Of a stretch of 64,000 bases of DNA, positions 46,040 through 59,761 are shown piece after piece; positions within the stretch are counted from its first letter, which is position 1, and each line of letters opens with the position of its first letter. The notes beneath the pieces were generated by a model that saw nothing but the letters and a program-made list of their open reading frames with translations, ran no database searches and had not been told where the DNA came from. The translations under genes were made by a program, and so were the position numbers. Source of the stretch: Eledone cirrhosa (lineage: Eukaryota); contig OZ024741.1 in NCBI GenBank assembly GCA_964016885.1, positions 218,302,001 through 218,366,000 on the forward strand, in the 5' to 3' direction.

Positions 46040-48745
46040 AGAGAGAGAACGGGAGAGAGACAATGAGAGTGAGAATGAGAGAGAGTGAGAGAACGGGAGA
46101 GAGACAGGCAGGAAGACAATGAGAGAGAGTGAGAGAACGGGAGAGACAGGCAGGAAGACAATGAGAGAGAGTGAGAGAACGGGAGAGAGACAGGCAGGAA
46201 GACAATGAGAGAGAGTGAGAGAACGGGAGAGAGACAGGCAGTGAGACAATGAGGGAGAGTGAGAGAACGGGAGAGAGACAGGCAGGGAGACAATGAGGGA
46301 GAGTGAGAGAACGGGAGAGAGACAGGCAGGGAGACAATGAGAGAGAGTGAGAGAACGGGAGAGAGACAGGCAGGGAGACAATGAGGGAGAGTGAGAGAAC
46401 GGGAGAGAGACAGGCAGGGAGACAATGAGGAAGAGTGAGAGAACGGGAGAGAGACAGGCAGGGAGACAATGAGGGAGATTGAGAGAACGGGAGAGAGACC
46501 GGTAGGGAGATAATGAGAGAGAGTGAGAGAACGGGAGAGAGACAGGCAGGGAGACAATGAGAGAGAGTGAGAGAACGGGAGAGAGACAGTCAGGGAGACA
46601 ATGAGAGAGAGTGAGAGAACGGGAGAGAGACAGGCAGGGAGACAATGAGAGAGAGTGAGAGAACGGGAGAGAGACAGGCAGGAAGACAATGAGAGAGAGA
46701 GTGAGAGAACGGGAGAGAGACAGGCAGAGAGACGATGAGAGAGAGTGAGAGAACGGGAGAAGGACAGGCAGGGAGACAATGAGAGAGAGTGAGAGCACGG
46801 GAGAGAGACAGGCAGGGAGACAATGAGAGAGAGTGAGAGAACGGGAGAGAGACAGTCAGGGAGACAATGAGAGAGAGTGAGAGAACGGGAGAGAGACAGG
46901 TAGGGAGATAATGAGAGAGAGTGAGAGAACGGGAGAGAGACAGGCAGTGAGACAATGAGAGAGAGTGAGAGAACGGGAGAGAGACAGGCAGAGAGACGAT
47001 GAGAGAGAGTGAGAGAACGGGAGAAGGACAGGCCGGGAGACAATGAGAGAGAGTGAGAGCACGGGAGAGAGACAGGCAGGGAGACAATGAGAGAGAGTGA
47101 GAGAACGGGAGAGACAGGTAGAGAGATAATGAGAGAGAGTGAGAGAACGGGAGAGACAGGTAGAGAGATAATGAGAGAGAGTGAGAGAACGGGAAAGAGA
47201 CAGGCAGGGAGACAATGAGAAAGAGTGAGAGAACGGGAGAGAGACAGACAGGAAGACTATGAGAGAGTGTGAGAGAACGGGAGAGAGACAGGCAGGGAGA
47301 CAATGAGAGAGTGAGAGAACGGGAGAGAGACAGGCAGGAAGATAGTGAGAGAGAGTGAGAGAACGGGAGAGAGACAGGCAGGGAGACAATGAGAGAGAGT
47401 GAGAGAACGGGAGAGAGACAGGCAGGGAGACAATGAGAGAGTGAGAGAACGGGAGAGAGACAGGCAGGAAGACAATGAGAGAGAGTGAGAGAACGGGAGA
47501 GAGACAGGCAGGAAGACAATGAGAGAGAGTGAGAGAACGGGAGAGACAGGTAGAGAGATAATGAGAGAGTGAGAGAGACAGGCAGGGAGACAATGAGAAA
47601 GAGTGAGAGAACGGGAGAGAGACAGACAGGAAGACAATGAGAGAGAGTGAGAGAACGGGAGAGAGACAGGCAGGGAGACAATGAGAGAGTGAGAGAACGG
47701 GAGAGAGACAGGCAGGAAGACAATGAGAGAGTGTGAGAGAACGGGAGAGAGACAGGCAGGGAGACAATGAGAGAGAGTGAAAGAACGGGAGAGAGACAGG
47801 CAGGGAGACAATGAGAGAGTGAAAGAACGGGAGAGAGACAGGCAGTGAGACAATGAGAGAGAGTGAGAGAACTGGAGAGAGACAGGCAGGGAGACAATGA
47901 GAGAGAGTGAGAGAACTGGAGAGAGACAGGCAGGGAGACAATGAGAGAGAGTGAGAGAACGGGAGAGAGACAGGCAGGGAGACAATGAGAGAGAGTGAGA
48001 GAACTGGAGAGAGACAGGCAGGGAGACAATGAGAGAGAGTGAGAGAACGGGAGAGAGACAGGCAGGGAGACAATGAGAGAGAGTGAGAGAACTGGAGAGA
48101 GACAGGCAGGGAGACAATGAGAGAGAGTGAGAGAACTGGAGAGAGACAGGCAGGGAGACAATGAGAGAGAGTGAGAGAACGGGAGAGAGACAGGCAGGGA
48201 GACGATGAGAGAGAGTGAGAGAACGGGAGAGAGACAGGCAGGGAGACAATGAGAGAGAGTCAGAGAACGGGAGAGACAGGTAGAGAGACGATGAGAGAGA
48301 GTGAGAGAACGGGAGAGAGACAGGCAGGGAGACGATGAGAGAGAGTGAGAGAACGGGAGAGAGACAGGCAGGGAGACAATGAGAGAGAGTGAGAGAACGG
48401 GAGAAGGACAGGCAGGGTGACAATGAGAGAGAGTGAGAGAACGGGAGAGAGACAGGCAGGGAGACAATGAGAGAGAGTGAGAGAACGGGAGAGAGACAGG
48501 CAGGGAGACAATGAGAGAGAGTGAGAGAACGGGAGAGACAGGTAGAGAGACGATGAGAGAGAGTGAGAGAACGGGAGAGAGACAGGCAGGGAGACGATGA
48601 GAGAGAGTGAGAGAACGGGAGAGAGACAGGCAGGGAGACAATGAGAGAGAGTGAGAGAACGGGAGAGAGACAGTCAGGGAGACAATGAGAGAGAGTGAGA
48701 GAACTGGAGAGAGACAGGCAGGGAGACAATGAGAGAGAGTGAGAG
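46040..48745. repeat. 44-bp purine-rich minisatellite, ~60 copies
   Basis: gagagaacgggagagagacaggcagggagacaatgagagagagt. Confidence 0.96.
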
Positions 48746-49040
48746 GAGAGGGCGTAGTATATTCTTCTATATATGGCTATGAGGAACTACTGAACTAGTA
48801 AATCTAAAAAGAGCAATATCCGGGTATTGCGGGTATGGTATCGACGGAGAGAACTGATTGAAATCACCGGAACATGAAATGGGCATCCGTCAGTTTCGAC
48901 GATGAGTGTTCCAGTTGTTTCATATCATGGAACAGACTGATCGTGATATTGACATGTAAGTGGTTGGGAACGTGTACCCTTAACGTGTTTCTCAGGGAAA
49001 TCCCGTGTAATGCAGTATGTGACAAAGCTGGCACATGGTC

Positions 49041-49071
<31 letters not shown>

Positions 49072-49343
49072 TTTACGTCCGCTTTTCCCTGCTTGCAATG
49101 GTATCACGGGTCCTACCTACCCTTGCAAGCATATATAGATATTGCAAACTTGACTGTCACCACTGAATATGAACCTGAAGATTGCGAAAGCATGACAGTA
49201 CTTGTTCAATTAACACTTAACATTTAATATTCTACCATACTATTTCATTATAATATCATTATAACTTTAAAGTTATTGTAAATAAAACGAGTAAATCAGA
49301 CAAAGTTGGAATTCCTTTTATTAATACATACATATATATATAT

Positions 49344-49382
<39 letters not shown>

Positions 49383-49461
49383 CATACATATATTTATACA
49401 CATATATACATGTATATACATATATATATATATATATATACATATATACATATATATATAT

Positions 49462-49549
<88 letters not shown>

Positions 49550-49551
49550 AT

Positions 49552-49822
49552 ATCATCATCATCATCATCATTTTACGTCCGCTTTTCCCTGCTTGCAAGG
49601 GTTGGACAGGTCCTATTCAGCACAGCATCTCTCCACTTGTCACGGTCCTTCGTCATCTCTACCGTGAGCTCCAGCGATCTGAGGTCAGCTCTCACCACCT
49701 CCGCCCATGTTTTTCGTGGGCTACCTCTACTACGTCTTCCTTCAACTGGCATTTCTTGCCACTTCTTCACTCAGCGGTCATCCTCCATGCGCATCACACG
49801 TCCATACCATCGCAGTCTCATT
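49552..49822 (-). mobile_element. RTE-clade LINE 3' end with (GAT)n tail; tail-only stubs at 49040-49097 and 10920-10950
   Basis: [43 protein letters not shown]. Confidence 0.88.
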
Positions 49823-49850
49823 AATCTTATCTATTGTTGTGTGTGTTTAT

Positions 49851-50024
49851 ATCATGAGGTTGTAAGTTCGATTCCCGGGTCGGATGATGCGTCGTGTACT
49901 TGACTGAGCAAGACCCGTTATTTCACGTTGGTCTTTCTGTCGTGACTATGACCGATAGATAGCATTAGCTGTAGAAAGACTAATCGAAATGGAAACATTG
50001 TCTCCTCGGTCCGATTTGATGAGG
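49851..50024 (+). mobile_element. CORE-like SINE variant (reverse copy at ~54657-54797)
   Basis: B box gttcgattccc; gagcaagac..ttatttcacgttg; shared ctcggtccgatttga. Confidence 0.65.
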
Positions 50025-50271
50025 TCTGGGGTCTTGTACGTAGATTCCTTTTCTTTACATGTGTCCGTGTTTGTTTATAAGGGTGAACGAACTTGGCCGG
50101 AATTCAAGAGATACAAAGTTCAATTCTCTGTAGGGACTGTTGGTCACTTATTTCTGTCCCTGGGGGTATTTTATCGATTTCAACGCTTCAAAACTCACAC
50201 ACATAGACACACACATATATATATGTATGTATATATATACATATACACACACATATACACACACACACATA

Positions 50272-50358
<87 letters not shown>

Positions 50359-50730
50359 TTTCTGACCGCTCATGAAATTCACCCAGCTTATGCTGACCGG
50401 ATAACCATCATGTTGCTTGCTTTTTTCCTACCTTCGGTTTGCTTTTCCTTCTATGTTGTTTACTTGTCTCACTCGCTTTACGCGATTCACTTGTCCCAAT
50501 AGCTTATTTTAGTTATTGCTCGCACCAACCTGAGGTATATGATTTTTAATGCGATGAAATACCAATGATGGTTGGCAAATCACTGATGAGGGACTAATTT
50601 TATAATATGTAACCCATGTGCAACCACGCAGTATTCCTCTTTCTTCCCATGTTTTATATATATATATATAAGAAAGTGAGGGTTTTTTTACAAAATGAAA
50701 AATAACCGAGGTGCCCTACACGAGTGAAAG

Positions 50731-50989
50731 TATAAAGAAAAAAAGAAATCGAAAATGCAACTGGAGTGTTATTTAAAAAAATATATATATATTTATTTGG
50801 TTCCTTTACCGGTTTGAAAGTAGAGTTGAGATGGAGGGTCTGTGGTATTTCAACCATATACCCTCCATCTCAACTCTACTTTTGTAAAGCAGAAGAACTG
50901 CGAAACCGGTAAAGGAACCAAATAAATATATATATTTTTTAAAAATAAGACTCCAATTGCATTTTCGATTTCATCTTTTTTTCTTTATA
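50731..50989. mobile_element. Fold-back PLE-like end carrying the 3' half of a hammerhead
   Basis: Outer ~85-bp and inner 23-bp inverted arms; gcag..ctgc-GAAA-ccgg-TA-aaggaacc-aAATAAA; ends in (TA)n. Confidence 0.6.
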
Positions 50990-51059
50990 TATATATATAT
51001 ATATATATATACAAGTAAGCAGGAACGAAGTCAAGGTTGCACCATAAATGACCTTTATT

Positions 51060-51149
51060 GCATACGACAATTGTTTTAATATCGATCAGCTCAGGGTTTG
51101 ATCAGAGTAGTCAGGGTCCAAGTCTGCACCGACATCTCGTCAGATATGC
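51060..51149 (-). ncRNA. Type I hammerhead with long stem II and G12>A mutation
   Basis: Reverse complement: gcatat-CTGACGA-gatgtcggt...atcgatatt-AAAA-caattg-TC-gtatgc-AATAAA. Confidence 0.7.
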
Positions 51150-51404
51150 GATCGTAGGCGCAGAACACATTCAGACACATGCATACATTACATACAGTAT
51201 TTTTTGCACAACTCCCAATGGACTCTGTTTGCTATAAGATCATGCTAGGTTTTTTTTATAAAGTCTTTTTGTTAATTGCTGACATCCACTAGTAATATCT
51301 GTACAGATTCATCTGTTTTATGACAGTTTGCAGACTGGGGAGTAATTTTGTCCATCAATGTTAGATTTCACCCAATTAGTTGACTGCCTGGTCTTGTGTG
51401 GCAG

Positions 51405-52330
51405 TAATAATGGTTTCTTATATAGGCACAAGGCCAGCAATTACCCAGTTCATTACTGGTAATTTATTTTATCGACCCCATAAGGACGAAAGGCAAAGTT
51501 AACCTCGGCGGGATTTGAACTCAGATCGTAAAAAGACGAAACTACGCTGGAAAGCATGTCCGACCCTCTACCAATACTGCCAATGGTTTCTTATATAGGC
51601 ACAAGGCCAGCAATTTGGGGGAGGGAAAAGTCGATTAAATCGACCCCAGAGCATTACTGGTACTTTATTTTATCGATGCCGTAAGGATGAAAGGCAAAGT
51701 TAACCTCGACGGGATTTGAACTCAGATCGTAACTCTATGCTGCAAAGCATGGCGTCCGACCCTCTACCGATATTGCCAATCCACTACCCTTGTGTGGCAG
51801 TAATAATAAACTCAACGCTCTTTTTAACCCAACCTGACCTAAACCAAAGCCAAGACCTAGGTCGCAATGGCAGCTGGAAACTTGTCTGTTCTTGTTTATC
51901 TCCAAAGACTTTGTTGAATATTTTCTTACCTTGACTTTCTGTTATAAAGGCTTTCTTCAGAAACTTTCCGAGTAATAATTGTTTCTACTTTTTGCACAAG
52001 GCCAGCAATTATCCTAGTGTATTACTGGTACTTTATCGACCCCGTAAGAATGAAAGGCAAAGTTAACCTCGGCGGGCTTTGCATGGCGTCTGACCCTCTA
52101 ACGATACTGCCAATTCACCTATGATGATTTCTACTTTAGGCACAAGGCTAGCAATTTTGGGGAGGGGAAAGTGGATTAAATCGACCCCAATGTGTTACTG
52201 GTACTTTATTTTATCGACTCCGTAAAGATGATAGGCAAAGCTAAGCTCGGTGGGATTTGAATTCATAACGTAAAGGGCCTTAACTCTATGTTGTAAAGCA
52301 TGGTGTTTGACGCTCTACCGATTCTGCCAA
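51405..52330 (-). mobile_element. SINE family A, two head-to-tail pairs (51405-51790, 51972-52330)
   Basis: Reverse-complement core and boxes. Confidence 0.9.
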
Positions 52331-52493
52331 GAGATGTTACTAGTTAAGACCAGTAAGACTATTATTGAGCTTAATACTTTATATTAAATAGAATGTAGAT
52401 ATTATACGGATTCTTAACCTACATTTAAGCTTATACTGTTTGGATAAGATTTACTAACGGAACAGTGTAAACTTAACCGAAAGGCAAAGAATC

Positions 52494-52533
<40 letters not shown>

Positions 52534-52742
52534 GTAAATACGCACGCACACACACACACACACACACATACGCAAACACACGCGCACACACGCACACACA
52601 CTCGCGCGCACACACACACACGCACACACACACGCACATAAACACGCACACACAGACACGCACGCACACAAACACGCACACACACAGGCACACAAACACA
52701 TGTGCACACACATGCATGCACACACACATACACACACGCATG

Positions 52743-52773
<31 letters not shown>

Positions 52774-52977
52774 GTATATGTGTGTGTGTGTTTAACTGTC
52801 ATGTTTCGTTAGAGGAGATTATTTAAAAAAAGAATGATACAACCAAAAAAGAATGATACAAGCAATGAAATAGATTAGTATTAATGGTGATGAGGCTGGG
52901 GGTGAAAGGAAGGTAAGGAAAAACTACAAATTATAATGTAAAAGGGAAGCATTACAACAATTTAAGTGGCCATACCA

Positions 52978-53091
52978 GAGATATTTAAAGACGGTTGTCG
53001 CATTTCTGCTCTGTTTGTGTCTGAACGAATAGGTGTGTTGGTTATATTTTGTTTTAAAGGTATTTTCAGTTAAATTTATGTAATTTATTTC
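52978..53091 (-). pseudogene. GIY-YIG fragment of a second Penelope-like lineage
   Basis: YINLTENTFKTKYNQHTYSFRHKQSRNATTVFKYLW resembles the PLE pattern YIG.T..TFK.R..NH..SF......T.LS.++W. Confidence 0.72.
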
Positions 53092-53290
53092 TTCTTCTTC
53101 TTCTTCTTCGCTCATTTATTCCTGAGAGAGTTATGGGAGCAGAGTCCTCAAACATTCCTTCCAGCGGGTTCTGCCGGAAGCAACTATCTCCAACTGATCT
53201 GGCTGGGTCCCCAAGCAAGATAAGCCAAGCCCATATATGTTATCCAACCATCTTGCTCGGGGTCTACCCCTGGGTCTACTGCCGGTTAGT
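53088..53290 (-). mobile_element. RTE-type (Rex3/Expander-like) LINE 3' end with (GAA)n tail
   Basis: 53277-53131 translates RPRGRPRARWLDNIYGLGLSCLGTQPDQLEIVASGRTRWKECLRTLLP*. Confidence 0.78.
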
Positions 53291-53565
53291 TTTGCCATTT
53301 TTCGTAGACATACAATACAACAGGAGGAAACATAATAGTACCACTGATGATGTTGCAGATGTGCAACGAAAGAACTTTGTTAGACTATATATATATGTAT
53401 TTATATCTGTATTTTTGACCGTTGGTCAGTCAATAAACATTGAGGACCAAATGAATTAACTATCGAGATATAAAAGATACAGAAGCGAAAACCAACCAAA
53501 CAGTGAGAGTGTTCTGTTATTATTTCTGGCAATAACATTACAACAATATGACCCTCCCCAAGTAT

Positions 53566-53600
<35 letters not shown>

Positions 53601-53604
53601 CACG

Positions 53605-53729
<125 letters not shown>

Positions 53730-54042
53730 CATGTTCAGTTGGAGGAAACCACAGTCAGTAAGGTACTCAATACATTAGTTGAGTGTAAAGATCAAGTTTA
53801 ATATAGAGGTCGCTTTTACAAGACTAGAACTGTTTCATTCAAAAGTCATCATGAGGTTTTCTTTTGAATGAAATACTTCTGGTCCTGTAGCAGCCATTTC
53901 TATATTAAACTATATATATATATATACTAGACGACCCGTGACCCCTTGGGTCATGTTCCCTTCAAAATATAAAAAAAAAATATTGCTCACTTAAAAATAA
54001 TTTTTAAATAATTAAAATATACACAGACATGTATATAATGTG

Positions 54043-54108
<66 letters not shown>

Positions 54109-55149
54109 GTGTGAGTTTGTATACATATATGTATGTGTGTGTATATATATATATGTGGGTGTCTGTGATCTATATACACTGGCCATAGCCACACACACAT
54201 ATACACACACACTCTATGGGTAACCAGATCTCACACAATGCAGCCTCGACAGATGAATACTACTTGATTATGGCAGACAATTGATACACCCAGGACACCA
54301 TAGTGAAATACCAATATATGGAACATTACATTATGTAACATTCTTTCCTTATTTTAATTTATATTCCTTTGAAGTTCCGATGAGCCGCTCTGTCTTTAAA
54401 TATGTTCATTATTTTCAACTGAACCAGATCAATAATGATATATTGTCATTTGATCCAGAAATATTATATGGAGTAGCGAAACAATTGTAAACGGACATTA
54501 TTATTATTAATATTATTATTATTATTCTCTACATTCCTTACATCAAACTAAAATATGTTGACAATCTTTTAATAATGTCTTCCTTGTGAAATTTCTGGTC
54601 TTGTTTTGCTTAACTAATGAATATATATATATATATATATATAATAATAATATCGACTTTCGTCAAATCGGACCGAGGAAACAATGATTCCATTGGTCTT
54701 TCCAATTCCTAATACTATCTATCGGTCGCAACCCCAGATGGAAGGAGCAACGTGAAATAAAGTGTCTTGCCCAAGAACATAACGCATCGCCCGACACATA
54801 CACTTTAATAGTTTATCTAATTAAGGTAGGACTTAGTTTTTTTATAGTTCAACCTTATATATATACACATATGCTATCCACTCGCTCAGTGAGAAAGACA
54901 TAAATGAAAAATGTACCATATCTAAATATAGATATGCTGAGAAGTAGAGATGGGGGGGGGGGGGGTGAGAGTAGGAAGAGGAGTGGGTAGAGGAGAAGGA
55001 AGTGAGAGTAGAGGGGTGGGGTAGAACAAAGACAATGTGGTAGTGGCGGCGGGGGGGGGGGGGGGGGGGCAGAATCGTGACATTACGAAGTGTAATATTG
55101 TGAAGTGTGATAATGAGTTAAACGTGATGTTTTGTTGTTGTTGTCGTTT

Positions 55150-56830
55150 ATTGAGGTGGTGGGGGTTGTGGTAGTGGTGATGGTGGTGATGGTGGTGGGT
55201 GGAGGTGGTGGTCGTGGTAGTAATGGTGGATTTGGTAGTAATACTAGTGATGGTGATGGTAGAAGTGGTGGTGGTGGTAGTGGTGGAGGTAGTGGTGGTG
55301 GTGTTGATGTTTGTGGAGATGGTGGTGGTAGTGGTGTGGGTGTTAGTAGTAGAAGTGGTGGTGATGGTGATAGTGGTGGTGGTGGTGGTGGTGATGTTTG
55401 TGGAGATGGTGGTGGGGGGTGGTGGTGGTACTAGTGGTGGTTATGGTTGTGGAGATGATGGTGGTGGTGTTGATGTTTGTGGAGATGGTGGTGGTGGTGG
55501 TGGTGGTGGTGATGTTTGTGGAGATGGTGGTGGTTATGGTAGTAGTAGTGGTGTGAGTGTTGATGGTAGTGGAGATGGTGGTGGTGACAGAAGTAGCGGT
55601 AAGACACGTAGGATGGTTGATGAGGAAAGATGGAGGGGGGTGGGGTGAGATATTCGTGAACAGATTCTGAGCTGAGAGGGATTATTAGATGTTGAAAATA
55701 TGTTAATGGTGGTGGTGGTGGTGTAGTGGTTTTGGTGTTGTTGTTGGTGGTGATGGTGGTGGTGGCGGTGGTGGTATTGTTGGTGGAGTTGGTGTTAGTG
55801 GTGATGGTGATATGTTGGTGGTGGTGATAGTGGTGGTGTTGTTGTTGTTGTTGGTGGTGGTGGTAATGGTGATATGTTGGTGGTGGTGATATGTTGGTGG
55901 CGGTGATAGTGGTGGTGGTGTTGTTGGTGGAGTTGGTGATAGTGGTGGTGGTGATATGTTGGTGGTGGTGGTGGTATGTTGGTGGTGGTGATGGTGGTGG
56001 TGTTGTTGGTGGTGGTGATGGTGATATGTTGGTGGTGGTGATATGTTGGTGGTGGTGATAGTGGTGGTGGTGTTGTTGGTGGAATTGGTGATAGTGGTGG
56101 TGGTGATATGTTGGTGGTGGTGATAGTGGTGGTGGTGTTGTTGTTGTTGGTGGTGGTGGTGATATGTTGGTGGTGGTGATAGTGGTGGTGGTGTTGTTGG
56201 TGGAGTTGGTGATAGTGGTGGTGGTGATATGTTGGTGGTGGTGGCAGTGGTGTTGTTGATGGTGGTGGCAGTGGTGCTGTTGATGGTGGTGGCAGTGGTG
56301 CTGTTGATGGTGGTGGCAGTGGTGTTGATGGTGGTGGTGGCAGTGGTGCTGTTGATGGTGGTGGCAGTGGTGTAGATGGTGGTGGTGGCAGTGGTGCTGT
56401 TGATGGTGGTGGCAGTGGTGTTGATGGTGGTGGTGGCAGTGGTGTTGATGGTGGTGGTGGCAGTGGTGTTGTTGATGGTGGTGGCAGTGGTGTTGATGGT
56501 GGTGGTGGCAGTGGTGCTGTTGATGGTGGTGGCAGTGGTGTTGTTGATGGTGGTGGTGGCAGTGGTGTTGATGGTGGTGGTGGCAGTGGTGCTGTTGATG
56601 GTGGTGGCAGTGGTGTTGATGGTGGTGGTGGCAGTGGTGTTGATGGTGGTGGTGGCAGTGGTGTTGATGGTGGTGGTGGCAGTGGTGTTGATGGTGGTGG
56701 TGGCAGTGGTGCTGTTGATGGTGGTGGCAGTGGTGTTGATGGTGGTGGTGGCAGTGGTGTTGATGGTGGTGGTGGCAGTGGTGTTGATGGTGGTGGTGGC
56801 AGTGGTGTTGATGGTGGTGGCAATGATGGT
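55150..56830. repeat. (GGT)n-derived repeats, including a 21/24-bp unit ggtggtggcagtggtgttgat
   Basis: Direct reading. Confidence 0.93.
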
Positions 56831-57167
56831 GTTCGTGTTTAAGAAAGCAGCAGTAGTTATGACAATCCAATTCTCTAAATTATTCTGCAAGATCTGACAG
56901 TTCTTCAACGTTTCTATCCTATCGAAGTGTCTACTTAAACGATTTTGTTGATAATATTCTTGTTGTTGTTGTTGTAACTGTTCCCCCCCCCCCCTCCTCA
57001 ACAAGTCAGCTGTTGCTTTCTTTTATAACATATATCAGCAGGAAGACGCATAGTAGCAGTAGTTAGGCTATTGGTTTCAGTTGGTGTGGGTGAGGGGGTT
57101 TGTGTTACCTTCCCCAGGGTCGAGTGGTGCCGTGTGTCCTTCACATTGCTCTTGTTTATTCAGTTAA

Positions 57168-57372
57168 AAATGGTTTCTGATTTAGGCACAATGCCTGCAA
57201 TTTTGGGGGGAGGGGAAAGTCGATTAAATCGACACCAGTTCATTACTGGTACTTTATTTTATCGACCCCGTAAGGATGAAAGGCAAAGCTAACCTCGGCG
57301 GGATTTGAACTCAGAACGTAACGAGCCATAAACTCTATGCTGCAAAGCAAGGTGTCCGACGCTCTACCGATT
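57168..57372 (-). mobile_element. SINE family A, near full length
   Basis: Reverse-complement head, core and tail. Confidence 0.9.
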
Positions 57373-57551
57373 CAGTTTAAAATAAACACCAGTAAGGTCT
57401 ACCTTGTGATAGACTGGCGTCTTGTATTCTCTGTCATTTAATGTCATATGAAACCGAGATAAGCTCCTCCGGGCTCACGCGCCTCTGTCCACATATTTTT
57501 CCATCTCCTACACGATTTTCTCAACAATACTAAACGACTATTATTAGAGTC

Positions 57552-57942
57552 AATGGTGAATTGGCAGTATCGGTAGAGGGTCGGACGCCATGCTTTGACG
57601 CATAGAGTTACGGCCCTTGCCATTCTGAGTTCAAATCCCGCCGAGGTTAACTTTGCCTTTCATCCTTACGGGGTCGATAAAATAAAGTACCAGTAATACA
57701 CTGGGAAATTGCTGGCCTTGTGCCAAAAGTAGAAACAATTATTAGAGTCAATGGTGAATTGGCAGTATTGGTCGAGGGTCGGACGTCATGCTATGCAGCA
57801 AAGAGTTACGGCCCTTTATGGTCTGAGTTCAGATCCCGCCGAGGTTAACTGTGCCTTTCATCCTTACGCGGTCGATAAAATAGAGTACCAGTAATACACT
57901 GGGATAATTGCTGGCCTTGTGCCAACAGTAGAAACAATTATT
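57552..57942 (+). mobile_element. SINE family A tandem dimer
   Basis: Two ~198-bp copies separated and flanked by ttattagagtca. Confidence 0.9.
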
Positions 57943-58252
57943 AGAGTCATGTATAGATCCGAATTTTATGGGGAGCTGCGCGGGTAATTGAGCCGTGCCC
58001 CCTTCAGTGGGGGGGGGGGCTCCAGCGACGTCCGAGCAACTTATTTGTGTCCTCAGAAGGGCTTTTTAGTTTTATATTTAACTTAGGAACATTTCAAGTA
58101 TTTTCATATTTGAAATGTTCCTAAGTCAACGAGAGGTTCATATATGTGTGTGTGACAGCTCACACCTATGCAGGTTTAGCTGGCCTCCTCCGAGGTATAT
58201 CTCGTTGGAGGTGTCTTGGGTGATTTAATGATAGGGACCTCAGTCCTATCAT

Positions 58253-58398
58253 CTCATTTCTACAGCTGAGTAAACTGGAGCAACGTCAAATATAGTGTCT
58301 TGCTCAAGGAAACAACACATTACCCGGTCTGAGAATTGAACTCACAACCTTTCGATTGCAAGCCCAATGCTCTAACCACTCAGCCATGCGCCTTCACA
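58253..58398 (-). mobile_element. tRNA-derived CORE-SINE (family B), 5' half
   Basis: Reverse complement: ggcgcatggctgagtggttagagc (A box), gagttcaattctc (B box), ccttgagcaagacact (CORE). Confidence 0.85.
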
Positions 58399-58589
58399 TA
58401 TATAGTGCGAAAAGTGAACGAAAAAACAAAACAGGGTACAATATAGTACTATGACTATATATATTAGTTTAACACTTGAACTAGTAGGAAAGGAGTCTTA
58501 ATGTTGCGAGGGGTACGAGAGAGTTCATTTACAGTGAAGTAGGTGTTGTGAGAGGAACTTGAAGCAGTTGAATGAGTGCCCTTGGAAAG

Positions 58590-59610
58590 TGAGTGAGTGT
58601 GGTTTGTTGGTCAAGTCAATGGTGACAGAGTGAAGTGTGTCTCAGTGAGTGTGAGTGGTTTGTTGGTCAAGTCAATGGTGACTGAGTGAAGTGTGTCTCA
58701 GTGAGTGTGAGTGGTTTGTTGGTCAAGTCAATGGTGACAGAGTGAAGTGTGTCTCAGTGAGTGTGAGTGGTTTGTTGGTCAAGTCAATGGTGACTGAGTG
58801 AAGTGTGTCTCAGTGAGTGTGAGTGGTTTGTTGGTCAAGTCAATGGTGACTGAGTGAAGTGTGTCTCAGTGAGTGTGAGTGGCTTGTTGGTCAAGTCAAT
58901 GGTGACTGAGAGTGAAGTGTGTCTCAGTGAGTGTGAGTGGTTTGTTGGTCAAGTCAATGGTGACTGAGTGAAGTGTGTCTCAGTGAGTGTGAGTGGCTTG
59001 TTAGTCAAGTCAATGGTGACAGAGTGAAGTTTGTCTCAGTGAGTGTGAGTGGTTTGTTGGTCAAGTCAATGGTGACTGAGTGAAGTGTGTCTCAGTGAGT
59101 GTGAGTGGCTTGTTGGTCAAGTCAATGGTGACAGAATGAAGTGTGTCTCAGTGAGTGTGAGTGGCTTGTTGGTCAAGTCAATGGTGACTGAGTGAAGTGT
59201 GTCTCAGTGAGTGTGAGCGGCTTGTTGGTCAAGTCAATGGTGACTGAGTGAAGTGTGTCTCAGTGAGTGTGAGTGGTTTGTTGGTCAAGTCAATGGTGAC
59301 TGAGTGAAGTGTCTCAGTGAGTGTGAGTGGTTTGTTGGTCAAGTCAATGGTGACTGAGTGAAGTGTCTCAGTGAGTGTGAGTGGTTTGTTGGTCAAGTCA
59401 ATGGTGACTGAGTGAAGTGTGTCTCAGTGAGTGTGAGTGGTTTGTTGGTCAAGTCAATGGTGACTGAGTGAAGTGTGTCTCAGTGAGTGTGAGTGGCTTG
59501 TTGGTCAAGTCAATGGTGACTGAGTGAAGTGTGTCTCAGTGAGTGTGAGTGGTGACTGAGTGAAGTGTCACTCAGTGAGTCTGAGTGACTTTTTGGTCAA
59601 GTGAGTGGTG
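58590..59610. repeat. 56-bp minisatellite, ~17 copies
   Basis: gtcaagtcaatggtgactgagtgaagtgtgtctcagtgagtgtgagtggtttgttg. Confidence 0.96.
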
Positions 59611-59761
59611 AAACCAATAGTTGTAGTCTCACGTGTGGTGATATTGCCGTGGGGAAATCAATTTCCCCCAATCACATGTGAATGAATTTACAAATGAAGA
59701 AATCACCGCTAATTTGTATGTTTTTAATGGTTGCATGATTTACTTCGAAACCATGAGCAGT

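Noticed and set aside
45875-48729. Ser/Leu-rich ORFs up to 683 aa
   Set aside because: 44-bp minisatellite artefact
50583-50625. CTGATGA-ggg near a TA-terminated end
   Set aside because: No GAAA or convincing stems; at most a dead relic
55132-57004. His/Pro/Gly-rich ORFs
   Set aside because: (GGT)n-derived repeats open in several frames
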